A stretch of 33,201 nucleotides of DNA from Acetobacteraceae bacterium (lineage in GTDB: Bacteria > Pseudomonadota > Alphaproteobacteria > Acetobacterales > Acetobacteraceae). The stretch's first letter is position 1, and each line of letters opens with the position of its first letter. The notes beneath the pieces were generated by a model. The model did no database searches. It saw only the letters and a list, made by a program, of their open reading frames with translations, and had not been told where the DNA came from. The DNA is taken from assembly GCA_027489135.1 (NCBI GenBank), contig JAIYAI010000286.1, forward strand, positions 1 through 33,201, given 5' to 3'. The translations under genes and the position numbers were made by a program. Shown one piece after another: positions 1-9,433 of the stretch.

Positions 1-605
1 AGACGGTGGATGCCGAGATCTGCGCCACCGACCTGCTTGGGCAGGCCGAGCACGGCCCGACCAGCCCCGCCATCCTGCTGACCGACAGCGAGAAGCCGGC
101 CCGCGAGACCACGGCGGAGGGGGGGAGCCTGCTCTCGAGCCTGCCCACCGCCGAGATCGCCCGGCAGTCCTGGCGCGACTACGGCGAGGTGATCGTCTGC
201 GACAGCCTGGAGGAGATGGTGCGGGAGGCCGACCGCATCGCCAGCGAGCATGTGCAGGTGATGACGCGGGACGACGACTTGTTCCTGGCGAAGATGACCA
301 ACTACGGCGCGCTCTTCCTCGGCCCGCGCACCAATGTTTCCTACGGCGACAAGGTGATCGGCACCAACCATACCCTGCCGACGCAGAAGGCGGCGCGCTA
401 CACGGGCGGCCTCTGGGTGGGGAAGTTCCTCAAGACCGTCACCTACCAGCGCGTGCTGACGGACGAGGCGAGCGCGCGCATCGGCGCGGTCTGCTCCCGC
501 CTCTGCATGCTCGAGGGCTTCGCCGGCCATGCCGAGCAGGCGAATGTCCGGGTCAGGCGCTATGGCGGGCGCAACGTGCCCTACGCCACCGCGGTGGAGG
601 CATAG
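1..605 (+). CDS. Histidinol dehydrogenase family protein (HisD-like), C-terminal part; 5' end lies outside the window
   Basis: The frame is open from the window edge to TAG at 603-605. Motifs GQAEHGPTS (catalytic Glu-His), [15 protein letters not shown] and EGFAGHAE match the conserved catalytic/zinc region of the HisD family. GC3 bias is strong. Confidence 0.85.
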   Translation, partial: TVDAEICATDLLGQAEHGPTSPAILLTDSEKPARETTAEGGSLLSSLPTAEIARQSWRDYGEVIVCDSLEEMVREADRIASEHVQVMTRDDDLFLAKMTNYGALFLGPRTNVSYGDKVIGTNHTLPTQKAARYTGGLWVGKFLKTVTYQRVLTDEASARIGAVCSRLCMLEGFAGHAEQANVRVRRYGGRNVPYATAVEA

Positions 606-608
606 GCG

Positions 609-1844
609 ATGGCCTTCGACCTGCTGTTCCGCAACGCCCGCCTGCCCGAGGGCGGCGACCTAGTCGAGATCGGCGTTACCGGCGGTCGCTTCGCCGCGAT
701 CGGCCCGAACCTGGGCGCCACGGCGGGGGAGGTGATCGATGTCGGCGGGCGCCTGGTCTCCCCGGGCTTCGTCGAGACGCATATCCACCTCGACAAGACC
801 TGCACCATCGACCGTTGCCCCTGCGAGACCCAGCGCTTCCCGCATGGCGCGATGCAGCGCGTCAGCGACATCAAGCACACCTTCACCGTCGAGGACGTCA
901 CCAGCCGCGCCAGCCGCACGCTGGAGAAATGCATCGGCCACGGCGCGATGGTGATGCGCACCCATGCGGAGGTCGATCCCAAGGTCGGCCTGCGCGGCTT
1001 CGAGGGGGTGAAGGCCCTGGTCGAGCAGTACCGCTGGGGCATCGACATCGAGATCTGCGTCATGCCGCAGGAGGGGATGCTCAACAATCCGGGCACCGAG
1101 GAACTGATGGTCGCGGCGCTGAAGAACGGCGCCACCGTCATCGGCGCCGCGCCCACCTATGACAGCGATTCATCGGCCCAGATCCGCCGAATCTTTGAAT
1201 TGGCGCGCGAGTTCGACGTCGACATCGACATGCATGTCGACAGCGGCTCCTCGGCCGATCATCTCGACACGCGCCTGGTCTGCGAGCTGACCGAGAAATA
1301 CGGCTGGGGCGGCCGCGTCGCCTGCGGCCACCTGACGAAGCTCTCCGTCATGCCGCTGCCGGAGCTGGACGCGATGGCGAAACGCATGGCGGATGCCGGC
1401 GTGGCGCTGACCGTGCTGCCGGCGACCGACCTCTACCTCGGCGGGCGGGAGAAGGACCATCGGGTGGAGCGCAGCGTCGCCGATGCGAACCGGCTCCACC
1501 GGCTGGGGGTCACCTGCTCGATCTCCTCGAACAACATCCTCAACGCCTTCACGCCGATGGGCGACGGGCAGCTCATCCGCATGGCGAACCTCTATGCGAA
1601 TGTGGTGCAGCACGCGATGCCGGGCGACCTGCGCGACACCTGGGCGATGTTCACCACGAACTCGGCGAAGCTGATGCGCCGGCGCGACTACGGCATCGCG
1701 GTCGGCAACAGCGCCGACCTCGTGGTGGTGGACGCCCCCGATCCGGTGGCGGCGATCCGCGAGGTCGCGCCGGTGCTGATGGGCTTCAAGCGCGGCCGCC
1801 GAACCTTCACGCGCCAGCCCGTGGTGCTACACAGGCCCGACTGA
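609..1844 (+). CDS. Amidohydrolase superfamily protein, cytosine deaminase/AtzC-like subgroup
   Basis: ATG lies 3 nt after the upstream stop. Contains the metal-binding HxH motif FVETHIHLDKT, then MHVDS and further His/Asp positions typical of CodA-type amidohydrolases. 411 aa. Confidence 0.85.
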   Translation: MAFDLLFRNARLPEGGDLVEIGVTGGRFAAIGPNLGATAGEVIDVGGRLVSPGFVETHIHLDKTCTIDRCPCETQRFPHGAMQRVSDIKHTFTVEDVTSRASRTLEKCIGHGAMVMRTHAEVDPKVGLRGFEGVKALVEQYRWGIDIEICVMPQEGMLNNPGTEELMVAALKNGATVIGAAPTYDSDSSAQIRRIFELAREFDVDIDMHVDSGSSADHLDTRLVCELTEKYGWGGRVACGHLTKLSVMPLPELDAMAKRMADAGVALTVLPATDLYLGGREKDHRVERSVADANRLHRLGVTCSISSNNILNAFTPMGDGQLIRMANLYANVVQHAMPGDLRDTWAMFTTNSAKLMRRRDYGIAVGNSADLVVVDAPDPVAAIREVAPVLMGFKRGRRTFTRQPVVLHRPD

Positions 1845-1860
1845 GGGAGACCAACCAGGA

Positions 1861-3012
1861 ATGGCCACGCGCCGCCTCGGCATCATCATGCATGGTGCCA
1901 CCAGCCGCATCGGCACCACGCAGCATCTGCTGAACAGCCTGATCCCGATCCGGCAGGAGGGCGGGCTGCCCCTGGCGAACGGCGACCGGCTGATGCCCGA
2001 CCCGATCCTGGTCGGGCGGACCGAGCCCAAGCTGCAGGCGCTGGCCGAGCGCCTCGGCCTGACCCGCTGGACCACCGACCTCGACGCCGCTCTGGCCGAT
2101 CCCGCCAACGAGCTGTTCTTCGAATGCGCCTATGGCGGCGGCCGGGTCGAGCTCGCCCGCCGCGCGCTGGCGGCGGGCAAGCACATCTACCTGGAGAAGC
2201 CGGTCGCCGAGACGCTGGAGGAGGTCCTGGCGCTCCGGGCGGAAGCCGAGAAGGCCGGCCGGTCCCACGCGGTGATGCAGGACAAGATCTACCTGCCGGG
2301 CCTGGTGAAGCTGAAGACGGTGCTGGAACTCGGCACGCTGGGCAAGCTTCTCTCGATGAAGCTCGACTTCGGCTGGTGGGTCTTCGACGGGGAGGTGATC
2401 CCGGCCCAGCGCACGAGCTGGAACTACAAGAAGGCCATGGGCGGCGGCCTCGTGCTCGATATGTTTCCGCACTGGCGCTACGTGATCGAGCACCTCTTCG
2501 GCGCGCCCACCGCCGTCACCTGCCACATGCGCATCGCGCAACCGAAGCGCTGGGACGAGCGGCACCACCCCTACGACGTCGATGTCGAGGACGAGGCCCG
2601 CGCCATCCTGGAATTCCCAGGGGGGCTGGTGGGGGAGATCTTCTCCTCCTGGGCCACGCGCATCCGGCGCGACGACATGCTGGTCATCAAGGTGGACGGC
2701 ACCGCCGGCAGCGCGAGCTGCACGCTGCATGACTGCTTCGTGCAGACCCTGGCGAACACCCCGAAGCCGCTGTTCCCGGTGCAGGCGCCGCAGCCGATGG
2801 ACTTCCACGCGCAATGGGCGCCGGTGCCGGAGCTGGTGCCGTTCAAGAACTCCTACCGCCAGGCCTGGGAAAGCTATCTCCGCCACATCGCGGGGGAGGG
2901 GCCGAACGTCGCCTCCCTGCTGCAGGCCGCTCGCGGGCTGCAACTGATCGAGGCCTGTCACGAGAGCCATCACGGCCGTCGCTGGGTGGACCTGCCCGAG
3001 CTGAAAGGCTGA
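1861..3012 (+). CDS. Gfo/Idh/MocA family NAD(P)-dependent oxidoreductase
   Basis: N-terminal Rossmann segment LGIIMHGATSRIG and the family signature EKP (HIYLEKPVAE). The start is 16 nt after the upstream stop and is preceded by GGGAGA. Confidence 0.85.
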   Translation: MATRRLGIIMHGATSRIGTTQHLLNSLIPIRQEGGLPLANGDRLMPDPILVGRTEPKLQALAERLGLTRWTTDLDAALADPANELFFECAYGGGRVELARRALAAGKHIYLEKPVAETLEEVLALRAEAEKAGRSHAVMQDKIYLPGLVKLKTVLELGTLGKLLSMKLDFGWWVFDGEVIPAQRTSWNYKKAMGGGLVLDMFPHWRYVIEHLFGAPTAVTCHMRIAQPKRWDERHHPYDVDVEDEARAILEFPGGLVGEIFSSWATRIRRDDMLVIKVDGTAGSASCTLHDCFVQTLANTPKPLFPVQAPQPMDFHAQWAPVPELVPFKNSYRQAWESYLRHIAGEGPNVASLLQAARGLQLIEACHESHHGRRWVDLPELKG

Positions 3013-3017
3013 ACGCC

Positions 3018-3890
3018 ATGTCGAGCATCACCGAGCGCCGCAAATCCTTCCGCCGCGTGCTGGAAGGCAGCGTCTGCGTCCACCCCGGCTCCGTCTTCGA
3101 CCCCATGTCGGCCCGCATCGCCGAGGAGATCGGCTTCGAGGTCGGCATGTATGCCGGCTCCACCGCCTCGCTCACCGTGCTCGGCGCGCCCGATCTCATC
3201 GTGCTGACGCTGACGGAGTTCGCCGACCAGGCCCGCCGCATCTGCCGCGCCGTCAAGCGCCTGCCCGTGCTGGTCGATGCCGACCACGGCTACGGCAACG
3301 CGCTGAACGCCATGCGCACCTGCGAGGAGATGGAGAACAGCGGCGTCGCCGCCATGACGCTGGAGGACACCGTCCTGCCGCGCCCCTATGGCGACGGCAA
3401 GGTGACGCTGATCTCCCTGGAAGAAGGCATGGCGAAGGTGAAGGCCGCGCTGGCCGCCCGTGACGACCCGAGCTTCTGCATCGTCGCGCGCAGCGGCGTC
3501 GTCTCGGTCAACGGTGTCGCCGACGCGGTGGAGCGGACCAAGGCCTATACCCAGTCCGGCGCCGACGCGCTGTTCTACACGGGGATCAAGACCCGTGCGG
3601 AACTCGATGCCGTCGCCGCCGTCGCCACCCTGCCGATCATCGTCGGCGGCGTGGAGGGGACGGAGATCAACGACAAGGCCTATCTCGCCGCCCGTGGCGT
3701 CCGCATCGCGCTGCAGACCCATGCGCCGATCATGGCCGCGCAGCGCGCGATCTACGAGACGCTGAGGGCGTTGCGCGACGGCGTGCAGCCCAAGGATCTG
3801 CCGCTGGCGCCGAAGGACGACCTGATGGCGCGCGTGACGCGCGAGGCCGACTACAAGGCCTGGACGAAGCAGTACCTGACCGGAGGCTGA
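3018..3890 (+). CDS. PEP mutase/isocitrate lyase superfamily protein, PA4872-type oxaloacetate decarboxylase-like
   Basis: I chose the internal ATG at 3018, 5 nt after the upstream stop. The ORF-track start at 2814 would overlap the preceding gene by 199 nt. Motifs SVFDPMSARIAEEIGFE and LPVLVDADHGYGNALN closely resemble the Pseudomonas PA4872 family as I recall it. Confidence 0.85.
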   Translation: MSSITERRKSFRRVLEGSVCVHPGSVFDPMSARIAEEIGFEVGMYAGSTASLTVLGAPDLIVLTLTEFADQARRICRAVKRLPVLVDADHGYGNALNAMRTCEEMENSGVAAMTLEDTVLPRPYGDGKVTLISLEEGMAKVKAALAARDDPSFCIVARSGVVSVNGVADAVERTKAYTQSGADALFYTGIKTRAELDAVAAVATLPIIVGGVEGTEINDKAYLAARGVRIALQTHAPIMAAQRAIYETLRALRDGVQPKDLPLAPKDDLMARVTREADYKAWTKQYLTGG

Positions 3891-3894
3891 GCGG

Positions 3895-5004
3895 ATGGCG
3901 AATATGGCGGACAGCGTCGAGGGCCAGTTCCTCACGCTGCATGAGTTCGTGAAGGAGGCCAAGGGCCGCCTCAGCCCCGGCAACTGGGACTACCTGGTCG
4001 GCGCGACTGAGACCGAGACGACGCTGATGCGCAACCGCGCGGCGATCGACGCCTGGGCCTTCCGCCCCCGCGTGCTGCGCGACGTGTCCAGCATCGACGT
4101 CTCCGGCCGCTTCCTCGGCCAGAAGATCGGGCTGCCGGTGATGTTCGCGCCCGTCGGTGGCCTCGAGAATTTCGACCCCGAGGGCGGCGCCCCCGCGGGC
4201 CGTGCCGCCACCGCCTATGGCGTGCCGATCATGGTCTCCTCCGTCTCCATGCCGGGGCTGGAGCCGATGGCGGAGGCGACGAAGGGCGGCAAGAAGGTCT
4301 TCCAGCTCTACGTCCGCGGCGATTTCGCCTGGATCGAGGAGATCACCAAGCGTGCGCTCGATGCCGGCTATGACGCCTTCTGCCTGACCGTCGACACCGC
4401 GATCTACAGCCGCCGCGAACGCGACATCGCCAAGCGCTTCGTCAAGCCCTGGCGCGCCCGGGCGACGGGCCAGCATTTCCAGGCCGCGCTGAACTGGGGC
4501 GACGTGAAGCGCTGGAAGGAGAAGTTCCCTTCCTTCCCGCTCGCGCTCAAGGGCATCGCCACGGCCGAGGACGCGCTGATGGCGGTCGAGCACGGGGTGG
4601 AGGTGGTCTATGTCTCCAACCATGGCGGACGGCAGCTGGATCATGGCCGGGGCTCCCTCGCTGTGCTGCCGGAGGTGGTGAAGGCGGTCGAGGGTCGGGC
4701 CAAGGTCTGGGTCGATGGCGGCTTCGCCCGCGGCTCCGACATCGTGAAGGCGATCGCGCTCGGCGCCGAGCTTGTCGGGATGGGGCGGATGTACTGCTAC
4801 GCCCTTGCCGCGGCCGGTGAGGCCGGGGTCGCGCGCATGCTGCAGATTCTGGAGAGTGAGGTTCACGAGGTGCTGGGCCTGCTCGGCGTCACCAGCTTCG
4901 GGCAGCTCGACACCAGCTACCTGCACGCGGTGGCGCCGATCGTGCCGCCGCATGTGCACAGCGCCTTCCCGCTGACCAACCTGACCGATCCCGGCTACCG
5001 GTAG
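3895..5004 (+). CDS. FMN-dependent alpha-hydroxy acid dehydrogenase/oxidase (L-lactate dehydrogenase/glycolate oxidase family)
   Basis: Motifs LKGIATAEDA, VSNHGGRQLD and GGFARGSDIVKAIALGA. The start is 4 nt after the upstream stop. Confidence 0.9.
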   Translation: MANMADSVEGQFLTLHEFVKEAKGRLSPGNWDYLVGATETETTLMRNRAAIDAWAFRPRVLRDVSSIDVSGRFLGQKIGLPVMFAPVGGLENFDPEGGAPAGRAATAYGVPIMVSSVSMPGLEPMAEATKGGKKVFQLYVRGDFAWIEEITKRALDAGYDAFCLTVDTAIYSRRERDIAKRFVKPWRARATGQHFQAALNWGDVKRWKEKFPSFPLALKGIATAEDALMAVEHGVEVVYVSNHGGRQLDHGRGSLAVLPEVVKAVEGRAKVWVDGGFARGSDIVKAIALGAELVGMGRMYCYALAAAGEAGVARMLQILESEVHEVLGLLGVTSFGQLDTSYLHAVAPIVPPHVHSAFPLTNLTDPGYR

Positions 5005-6639
5005 CTACACGCCGGCAGCATAGCCATCCCGCTGCGGATCGGCGCCGCCCTCGCAGGTGGTGCCGTCCCAGCGGGTGATGCCGTGCACGCCGGCGAAGGC
5101 GAAGCTCTGGTAGCTGCGTCGCACCTTGTACCCCGCGGCCTCCAGCGTCTTCTGCGTCGCGCGCGGGATGCGGTTGGCGATGTCCACGTATTCGCTGGTG
5201 GCGGAGAAGCGGGGGGCGCTGACGGCCTCCTGCATCGTCATGCCCCAGTCCAGCAGGTTCAGTAGCACCTGCATCACCGCGACCGTGATCCAGGCCCCGC
5301 CCGGCGCGCCGAGCGTGACGACGGGCGCACCGCCATCCAGCACGATCGCCGGCGACATCGAGGAATATCGCCGCTTGCCCGGCGCGATGCTGCCCGGCCG
5401 GCCCGGCCGCGGGTCCATCCAGTTCATCGCCCCGTTCAGCATGAAGCCCGTCCCCGGCGGGATCAGGCCGGACGGCGTCGCCAGCGTATGCGTCATGGAG
5501 ACGAACATGCCGTCCGCATCGACGCAGGAGACATGGGTGGTGTTCTTCGCGTCGGTCGTCGCGCGGCTCAGCGTCGCAATCTCGCCCGCGCGGATGCGCG
5601 CGGCGCAGGCATCGGCATAGGCGTCGGACAGCAGCCGCGCGACCGGCACGTCCTGGAAGGCCGGGTCGCCGACATGGGCTTCCTTGTCGATGCCGGCGAT
5701 CTTCATCGCCTCGATCACCAGGCGGATGTAGTCGGGGCTGTTGTGCCCCAGCGCGGTCAGGTCGAAGCGGTCGAGGATGCGCAGCATCTCGCCGACCACA
5801 ACGCCGCCCGCCGGCGGTTCCGGCAGGCAGACCGTGAAGCCGCGATAGGGCACGCGCAGCGGGTCGGACTGCGCGGTGCGGAAGCCCTTCAGGTCCTCGA
5901 GCGAGAGCAGCCCGCCGCCGGCCTGCACGGCCTCCACGATCCGCCGCGCGATGCTGCCCTGGTAGTATTCCTCGGCGCCGCCCGACGCGATGGCGCGCAG
6001 GGTCGCGGCCAGGTCCGGGTTGCGGATGTGCTCGCCGAGGCGCTTCGGCGTGCCGTCGGCGCGGCAGTAGAGGCGGCGCCCGTCCTCCGTGAACTTCAGC
6101 TTCTCGCTGTAGGCGAGGCGCCCCCAGACGCTCTCGTCGAGCGTGAACATGGCATAGACATGGGGGCGGACGATCCAGCCCTCCTCGGCGAAGCCGATGG
6201 CGCCGTCGAACAGTGTGCTCCAGGGCTTCCGCCCCAGCGCACCATGCGCATCGGCGAAGACCCGCAGCGCTCCCGGCGTGGTGATCGCCTGGGCGCCGAG
6301 CTCGTTGACGTAGCCCTTCACGCGGTAGCCGAAGCCGTCGGGGCACTCGCCCTCGTACCTGTCGGCCCACATCCCGGGCGTCGCCGCGCCAGGGCAGGTG
6401 CCCAGGCCGTTCCAGACCCGGTGCGTCCGTGTCTTCGGGTCGTACACCTGCAAGGTGGCGATGCCGCCGATGCCGCACATCATCGGGTCGACCACGCCCT
6501 GGGTCAGCGCGCAGGCCAGCGCCGCGTCCAGCGCGTTGCCGCCGGCCGCCAGCATGGCGGCGCCGGCTTCCGCGGCCTCGGGCTGGGGCGCGACGACCAT
6601 GGACCGGTGGTCGGGCAGGCGACGGGTCGGGCGGGGCAT
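5005..6639 (-). CDS. ggt: Gamma-glutamyltransferase family protein with no obvious signal peptide
   Basis: Autoprocessing/nucleophile region TTHVSCVDADGMFVSMTHTL and the C-terminal LGAPGGAWI motif. I chose the start at 6639 (MPRPTRR...) because GGAGGAG lies about 8 nt upstream. The ORF-track start at 6855 would overlap the divergent neighbour. Confidence 0.85.
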   Translation of the reverse strand: MPRPTRRLPDHRSMVVAPQPEAAEAGAAMLAAGGNALDAALACALTQGVVDPMMCGIGGIATLQVYDPKTRTHRVWNGLGTCPGAATPGMWADRYEGECPDGFGYRVKGYVNELGAQAITTPGALRVFADAHGALGRKPWSTLFDGAIGFAEEGWIVRPHVYAMFTLDESVWGRLAYSEKLKFTEDGRRLYCRADGTPKRLGEHIRNPDLAATLRAIASGGAEEYYQGSIARRIVEAVQAGGGLLSLEDLKGFRTAQSDPLRVPYRGFTVCLPEPPAGGVVVGEMLRILDRFDLTALGHNSPDYIRLVIEAMKIAGIDKEAHVGDPAFQDVPVARLLSDAYADACAARIRAGEIATLSRATTDAKNTTHVSCVDADGMFVSMTHTLATPSGLIPPGTGFMLNGAMNWMDPRPGRPGSIAPGKRRYSSMSPAIVLDGGAPVVTLGAPGGAWITVAVMQVLLNLLDWGMTMQEAVSAPRFSATSEYVDIANRIPRATQKTLEAAGYKVRRSYQSFAFAGVHGITRWDGTTCEGGADPQRDGYAAGV

Positions 6640-6715
6640 CGGCACGCTCCTCCTCTTTCCAGGCCAGCTTCGCGCCGGCACCATGGGGCACGCAACCCCG
6701 TTCAGGATCGTCTCC
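6640..6715. promoter_or_regulatory. Divergent promoter region between ggt-like and M81 peptidase genes
   Basis: A 76-bp spacer between divergently oriented first codons. It must carry or abut both promoters. I could identify no consensus boxes. Confidence 0.4.
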
Positions 6716-8224
6716 ATGCGCCTGCTGATCGCCGGCCTCTCGCACGAGACCAACACCTTCTCCCCCGTGCCGACGCCGCGGGAGCGTTTCTGCCGCGACG
6801 GCAAGGAGTTGCTGGAGGGCGAGCGCGCCCTGTCCTTCTTCCGCAACACCGGCACCTGCTATGGCGGCTTCCTGAAGGTCGCCGAGGAAGCAGGGGCCAC
6901 CGTCGTCTCCTCCATCGCCGCCCATGCGCCGCCCTCTGGCGCGGTGCAGCGCGCCGCCTATGAGGGCTTTGCTGACGCCATCTGCGGTGCCGTGAAGCAG
7001 GGCGGTTGGGACGGCATCCTGCTCGACCTGCATGGCGCTATGGCCGTCGAGGGGATCGAGGACGGGGAGGGGGAGCTGATCCGCCGCATCCGCGCCATCG
7101 ATGCGAAGACCCCGATCGCCGTCGCCTACGACATGCACGCCAACGTGCATGACGACATGGTGCTGCCGGTCACGGTGACCGCCGGCTACCACACCTACCC
7201 GCATGTCGACCAAGCCGAGACCGCGGCGCGCGCCTGCCGGGTGCTGCTGCGGGCCATGAAGGGCGAGGTGACGCCGGTGACCGCCTGGGGCCGTGCACCG
7301 ATGCTGCCGCATGTCATGGCCCAGGGCACGCATGCCTATCCCAACAAGGAGCTCCAGGAGAAGTGCCGCGCCTGGGAAGAGAGCGGGCGCGCGCTCACCG
7401 CCAGCCTCTATGTCGGCTTCCCGCATGCGGACATCTACGGCGCCGGCCTCTCCGCCGTGGTGACCACGAATGGCGACAAGGCGGATGCGCAGCGGATGGT
7501 CCAGGAGCTTCTGGATTTCGCCTGGGAGGCGCGGGAGAAATTCGTCTTCAGGCCGGAGCCGCTGGAAGGCTCGGTCGCCCGCGCCAAGGCCGCCGGCGCG
7601 ACGCCGGCCGACAAGCCCGTGGTGCTGCTGGACCACTACGACAACTGCGCCTCCGGCGGCACCATGGACACGACGGAGGTGCTGGCGGAGATCCTGCGCC
7701 AGGGCCTGACCGACGTGGTCTTCTTCGGCATCTGCGACCCGGAGGCCGTGGCCGCCTGCCAGAAAGCCGGCGTGGGCAACGAGATCACGCTCGACATCGG
7801 CGGCAAGCTGCCGATGCCGGCGCTGCCGCATTCCTCGAAGCCGCTGACGGTGACGGGGACGGTGCGGACCATCTCCTCGGGCTACTTCGTCACGAAGTCA
7901 GGCCTGGCGCCGGGGCTGAAGGTGTACATGGGCCCGACCGTGGTGCTCGATACCGGCGCGGTCGAGATCGTGCTGGTGACGCGGCAGATCGAGCCGACCT
8001 CACCCGACATGTTCCGCGTCCTTGGCATCGAGCCGCGCGACAAGCGCTATCTCGCGATCAAGAGCCGCGTGCACTGGCGCGCCGCGCTTGGGCCGATGGC
8101 GCGGGACATCGTGGAATGCGCCGGGGTGGGCGTGTGCACCTCGGACTACAGCCAGCTCACCTTCAGGAATGTCCGGCGGCCGGTCTACCCGCTGGATCCT
8201 GGGACGAACGGGCCGGTGGGGTAG
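6716..8224 (+). CDS. M81 family metallopeptidase (microcystinase MlrC-like)
   Basis: The N-terminus MRLLIAGLSHETNTFSP is characteristic of the MlrC N-terminal domain. His/Asp-rich motifs AYDMHANVHDD and GYHTYPHVD are present. I chose the internal ATG at 6716 because the longer ORF overlaps ggt. Confidence 0.8.
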   Translation: MRLLIAGLSHETNTFSPVPTPRERFCRDGKELLEGERALSFFRNTGTCYGGFLKVAEEAGATVVSSIAAHAPPSGAVQRAAYEGFADAICGAVKQGGWDGILLDLHGAMAVEGIEDGEGELIRRIRAIDAKTPIAVAYDMHANVHDDMVLPVTVTAGYHTYPHVDQAETAARACRVLLRAMKGEVTPVTAWGRAPMLPHVMAQGTHAYPNKELQEKCRAWEESGRALTASLYVGFPHADIYGAGLSAVVTTNGDKADAQRMVQELLDFAWEAREKFVFRPEPLEGSVARAKAAGATPADKPVVLLDHYDNCASGGTMDTTEVLAEILRQGLTDVVFFGICDPEAVAACQKAGVGNEITLDIGGKLPMPALPHSSKPLTVTGTVRTISSGYFVTKSGLAPGLKVYMGPTVVLDTGAVEIVLVTRQIEPTSPDMFRVLGIEPRDKRYLAIKSRVHWRAALGPMARDIVECAGVGVCTSDYSQLTFRNVRRPVYPLDPGTNGPVG

Positions 8225-8231
8225 CGCCGGC

Positions 8232-8480
8232 TCACGCCTTCCGCAGCTTGCCGGCGACCCAGATCACCACCATCGCGCCGAGGACGGCAACGATCAGGCT
8301 CCAGATGTTGAAGCCGGTCACGCCCCGGCCGCCAAGCAGGCCGATCAGGAAGCCGCCGACCACGGCGCCGATCACGCCCAGGACAAGGTTCATGACCAGG
8401 CCCGATCCGCCACCGGTCATGATCCTGCTGGCGATCCAGCCGGCCAGCAGGCCGAGGACGATCCATGCGATGATGCCCAT
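8232..8480 (-). CDS. GlsB/YeaQ/YmgE family stress-response membrane protein (transglycosylase-associated)
   Basis: 82 aa, Gly-rich, with about three TM segments: MGIIAWIVLGLLAGWIASRIM...LVLGVIGAVVGGFL. GAAGGA RBS upstream. Confidence 0.8.
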   Translation of the reverse strand: MGIIAWIVLGLLAGWIASRIMTGGGSGLVMNLVLGVIGAVVGGFLIGLLGGRGVTGFNIWSLIVAVLGAMVVIWVAGKLRKA

Positions 8481-8543
8481 TGCGCCGATCCTTCAACCCC
8501 GGCGCGACGGGAGCCGCACGCCTGCCGAAAGCCTATCCCGGGC

Positions 8544-9308
8544 TCAGCGCCCCTTCCAGGCCGGCTTGCGCTTCTCCGAGAAGGCCTTCGGGCCTTCCTG
8601 CGCATCCTCGCTGGTATAGACCGGCACGAAGAGGTGCCGCGCCGCCCGCAGCGCCGCGGAGCGGCCCATCTCCTGGCTGAGATACACCAGTTCCCGGCAC
8701 GCCTTCACCGTCAGCGGCGCATTGCCGGCGATGCGTTCCGCCATGGCAAGCGCCGCGTCCAGCAACTGCGGCCCCGGCACCACCTGGTTCACATAGCCAA
8801 GCTCGTAGAGCCGCCGTGCGCCGATCGCATCGCCGGTCAGCAGCACCTCCATCGTCACGCGCTGCGGCAGCATCCCCATCAGCGGCGCCGCCCAGGGCGT
8901 GCCGCGGCCGACCTTGGCCTCGGTGATGGCGAAGGTCGCGGTCTCGGCGGCGAGGCAGAGGTCGCACATCTGCGCCAGCATCCAGCCGCCGGCCATGGCG
9001 AAGCCGTTCACCGCGGCGATGGTGGGCTTCGTCACCTCCAGCGTCTCGCCGATCACCGGCAGGAAGCCGCGCGGCAGCAGGCCGCGGGATTCGCTGGCGG
9101 CCTCCTTCAGGTCCATCCCCGCGCAAAAGGCGCGGTCGCCGGCGCCGGTCAGGATCGCCACCTTGGCGGCGTCGTCGGCCTCGAAGCGCTCGAAGCCCTC
9201 CTTGAGGCCGTCGCGCACGGCGCGGTTGATGGCGTTGCGCGCCTCGGGCCGGTTGATGGTGAGCACGGCGACGGCGCCGCGCATCTCGTAGAGGACGGCC
9301 TCGGACAT
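8544..9308 (-). CDS. Enoyl-CoA hydratase/isomerase (crotonase) family protein
   Basis: Motifs LTINRPEARNA, FCAGMDLKE and AAVNGFAMAGG. Start at 9308 (MSEAVLYE) with a GGGAGGA RBS upstream. Confidence 0.85.
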   Translation of the reverse strand: MSEAVLYEMRGAVAVLTINRPEARNAINRAVRDGLKEGFERFEADDAAKVAILTGAGDRAFCAGMDLKEAASESRGLLPRGFLPVIGETLEVTKPTIAAVNGFAMAGGWMLAQMCDLCLAAETATFAITEAKVGRGTPWAAPLMGMLPQRVTMEVLLTGDAIGARRLYELGYVNQVVPGPQLLDAALAMAERIAGNAPLTVKACRELVYLSQEMGRSAALRAARHLFVPVYTSEDAQEGPKAFSEKRKPAWKGR

Positions 9309-9433
9309 TCTTTCCTCCCGTATCGGGCGGCGAGGATGAATCCCCGGCACCCAGGGGTCAATTCCGCCGCGCCCCGGGGTCGCCGTCGCGCGCGGTTCCG
9401 CTATGCTGCGCAGCAGGGGATGGAGGCTTCACC
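9309..9433. promoter_or_regulatory. Divergent promoter region between crotonase and DMFase-like genes
   Basis: A 125-bp spacer containing the 8-bp palindrome CCCCGGGG. No boxes assigned. Confidence 0.35.

Noticed and set aside
4889-7831. 980-aa ORF on the minus strand spanning the ggt-like and M81 regions
   Set aside because: The translation is Arg/Gly/Ala/Pro-rich and low-complexity with no motif. It overlaps two genes with clear family signatures. This is a typical shadow ORF of very GC-rich DNA, where stop codons are rare.
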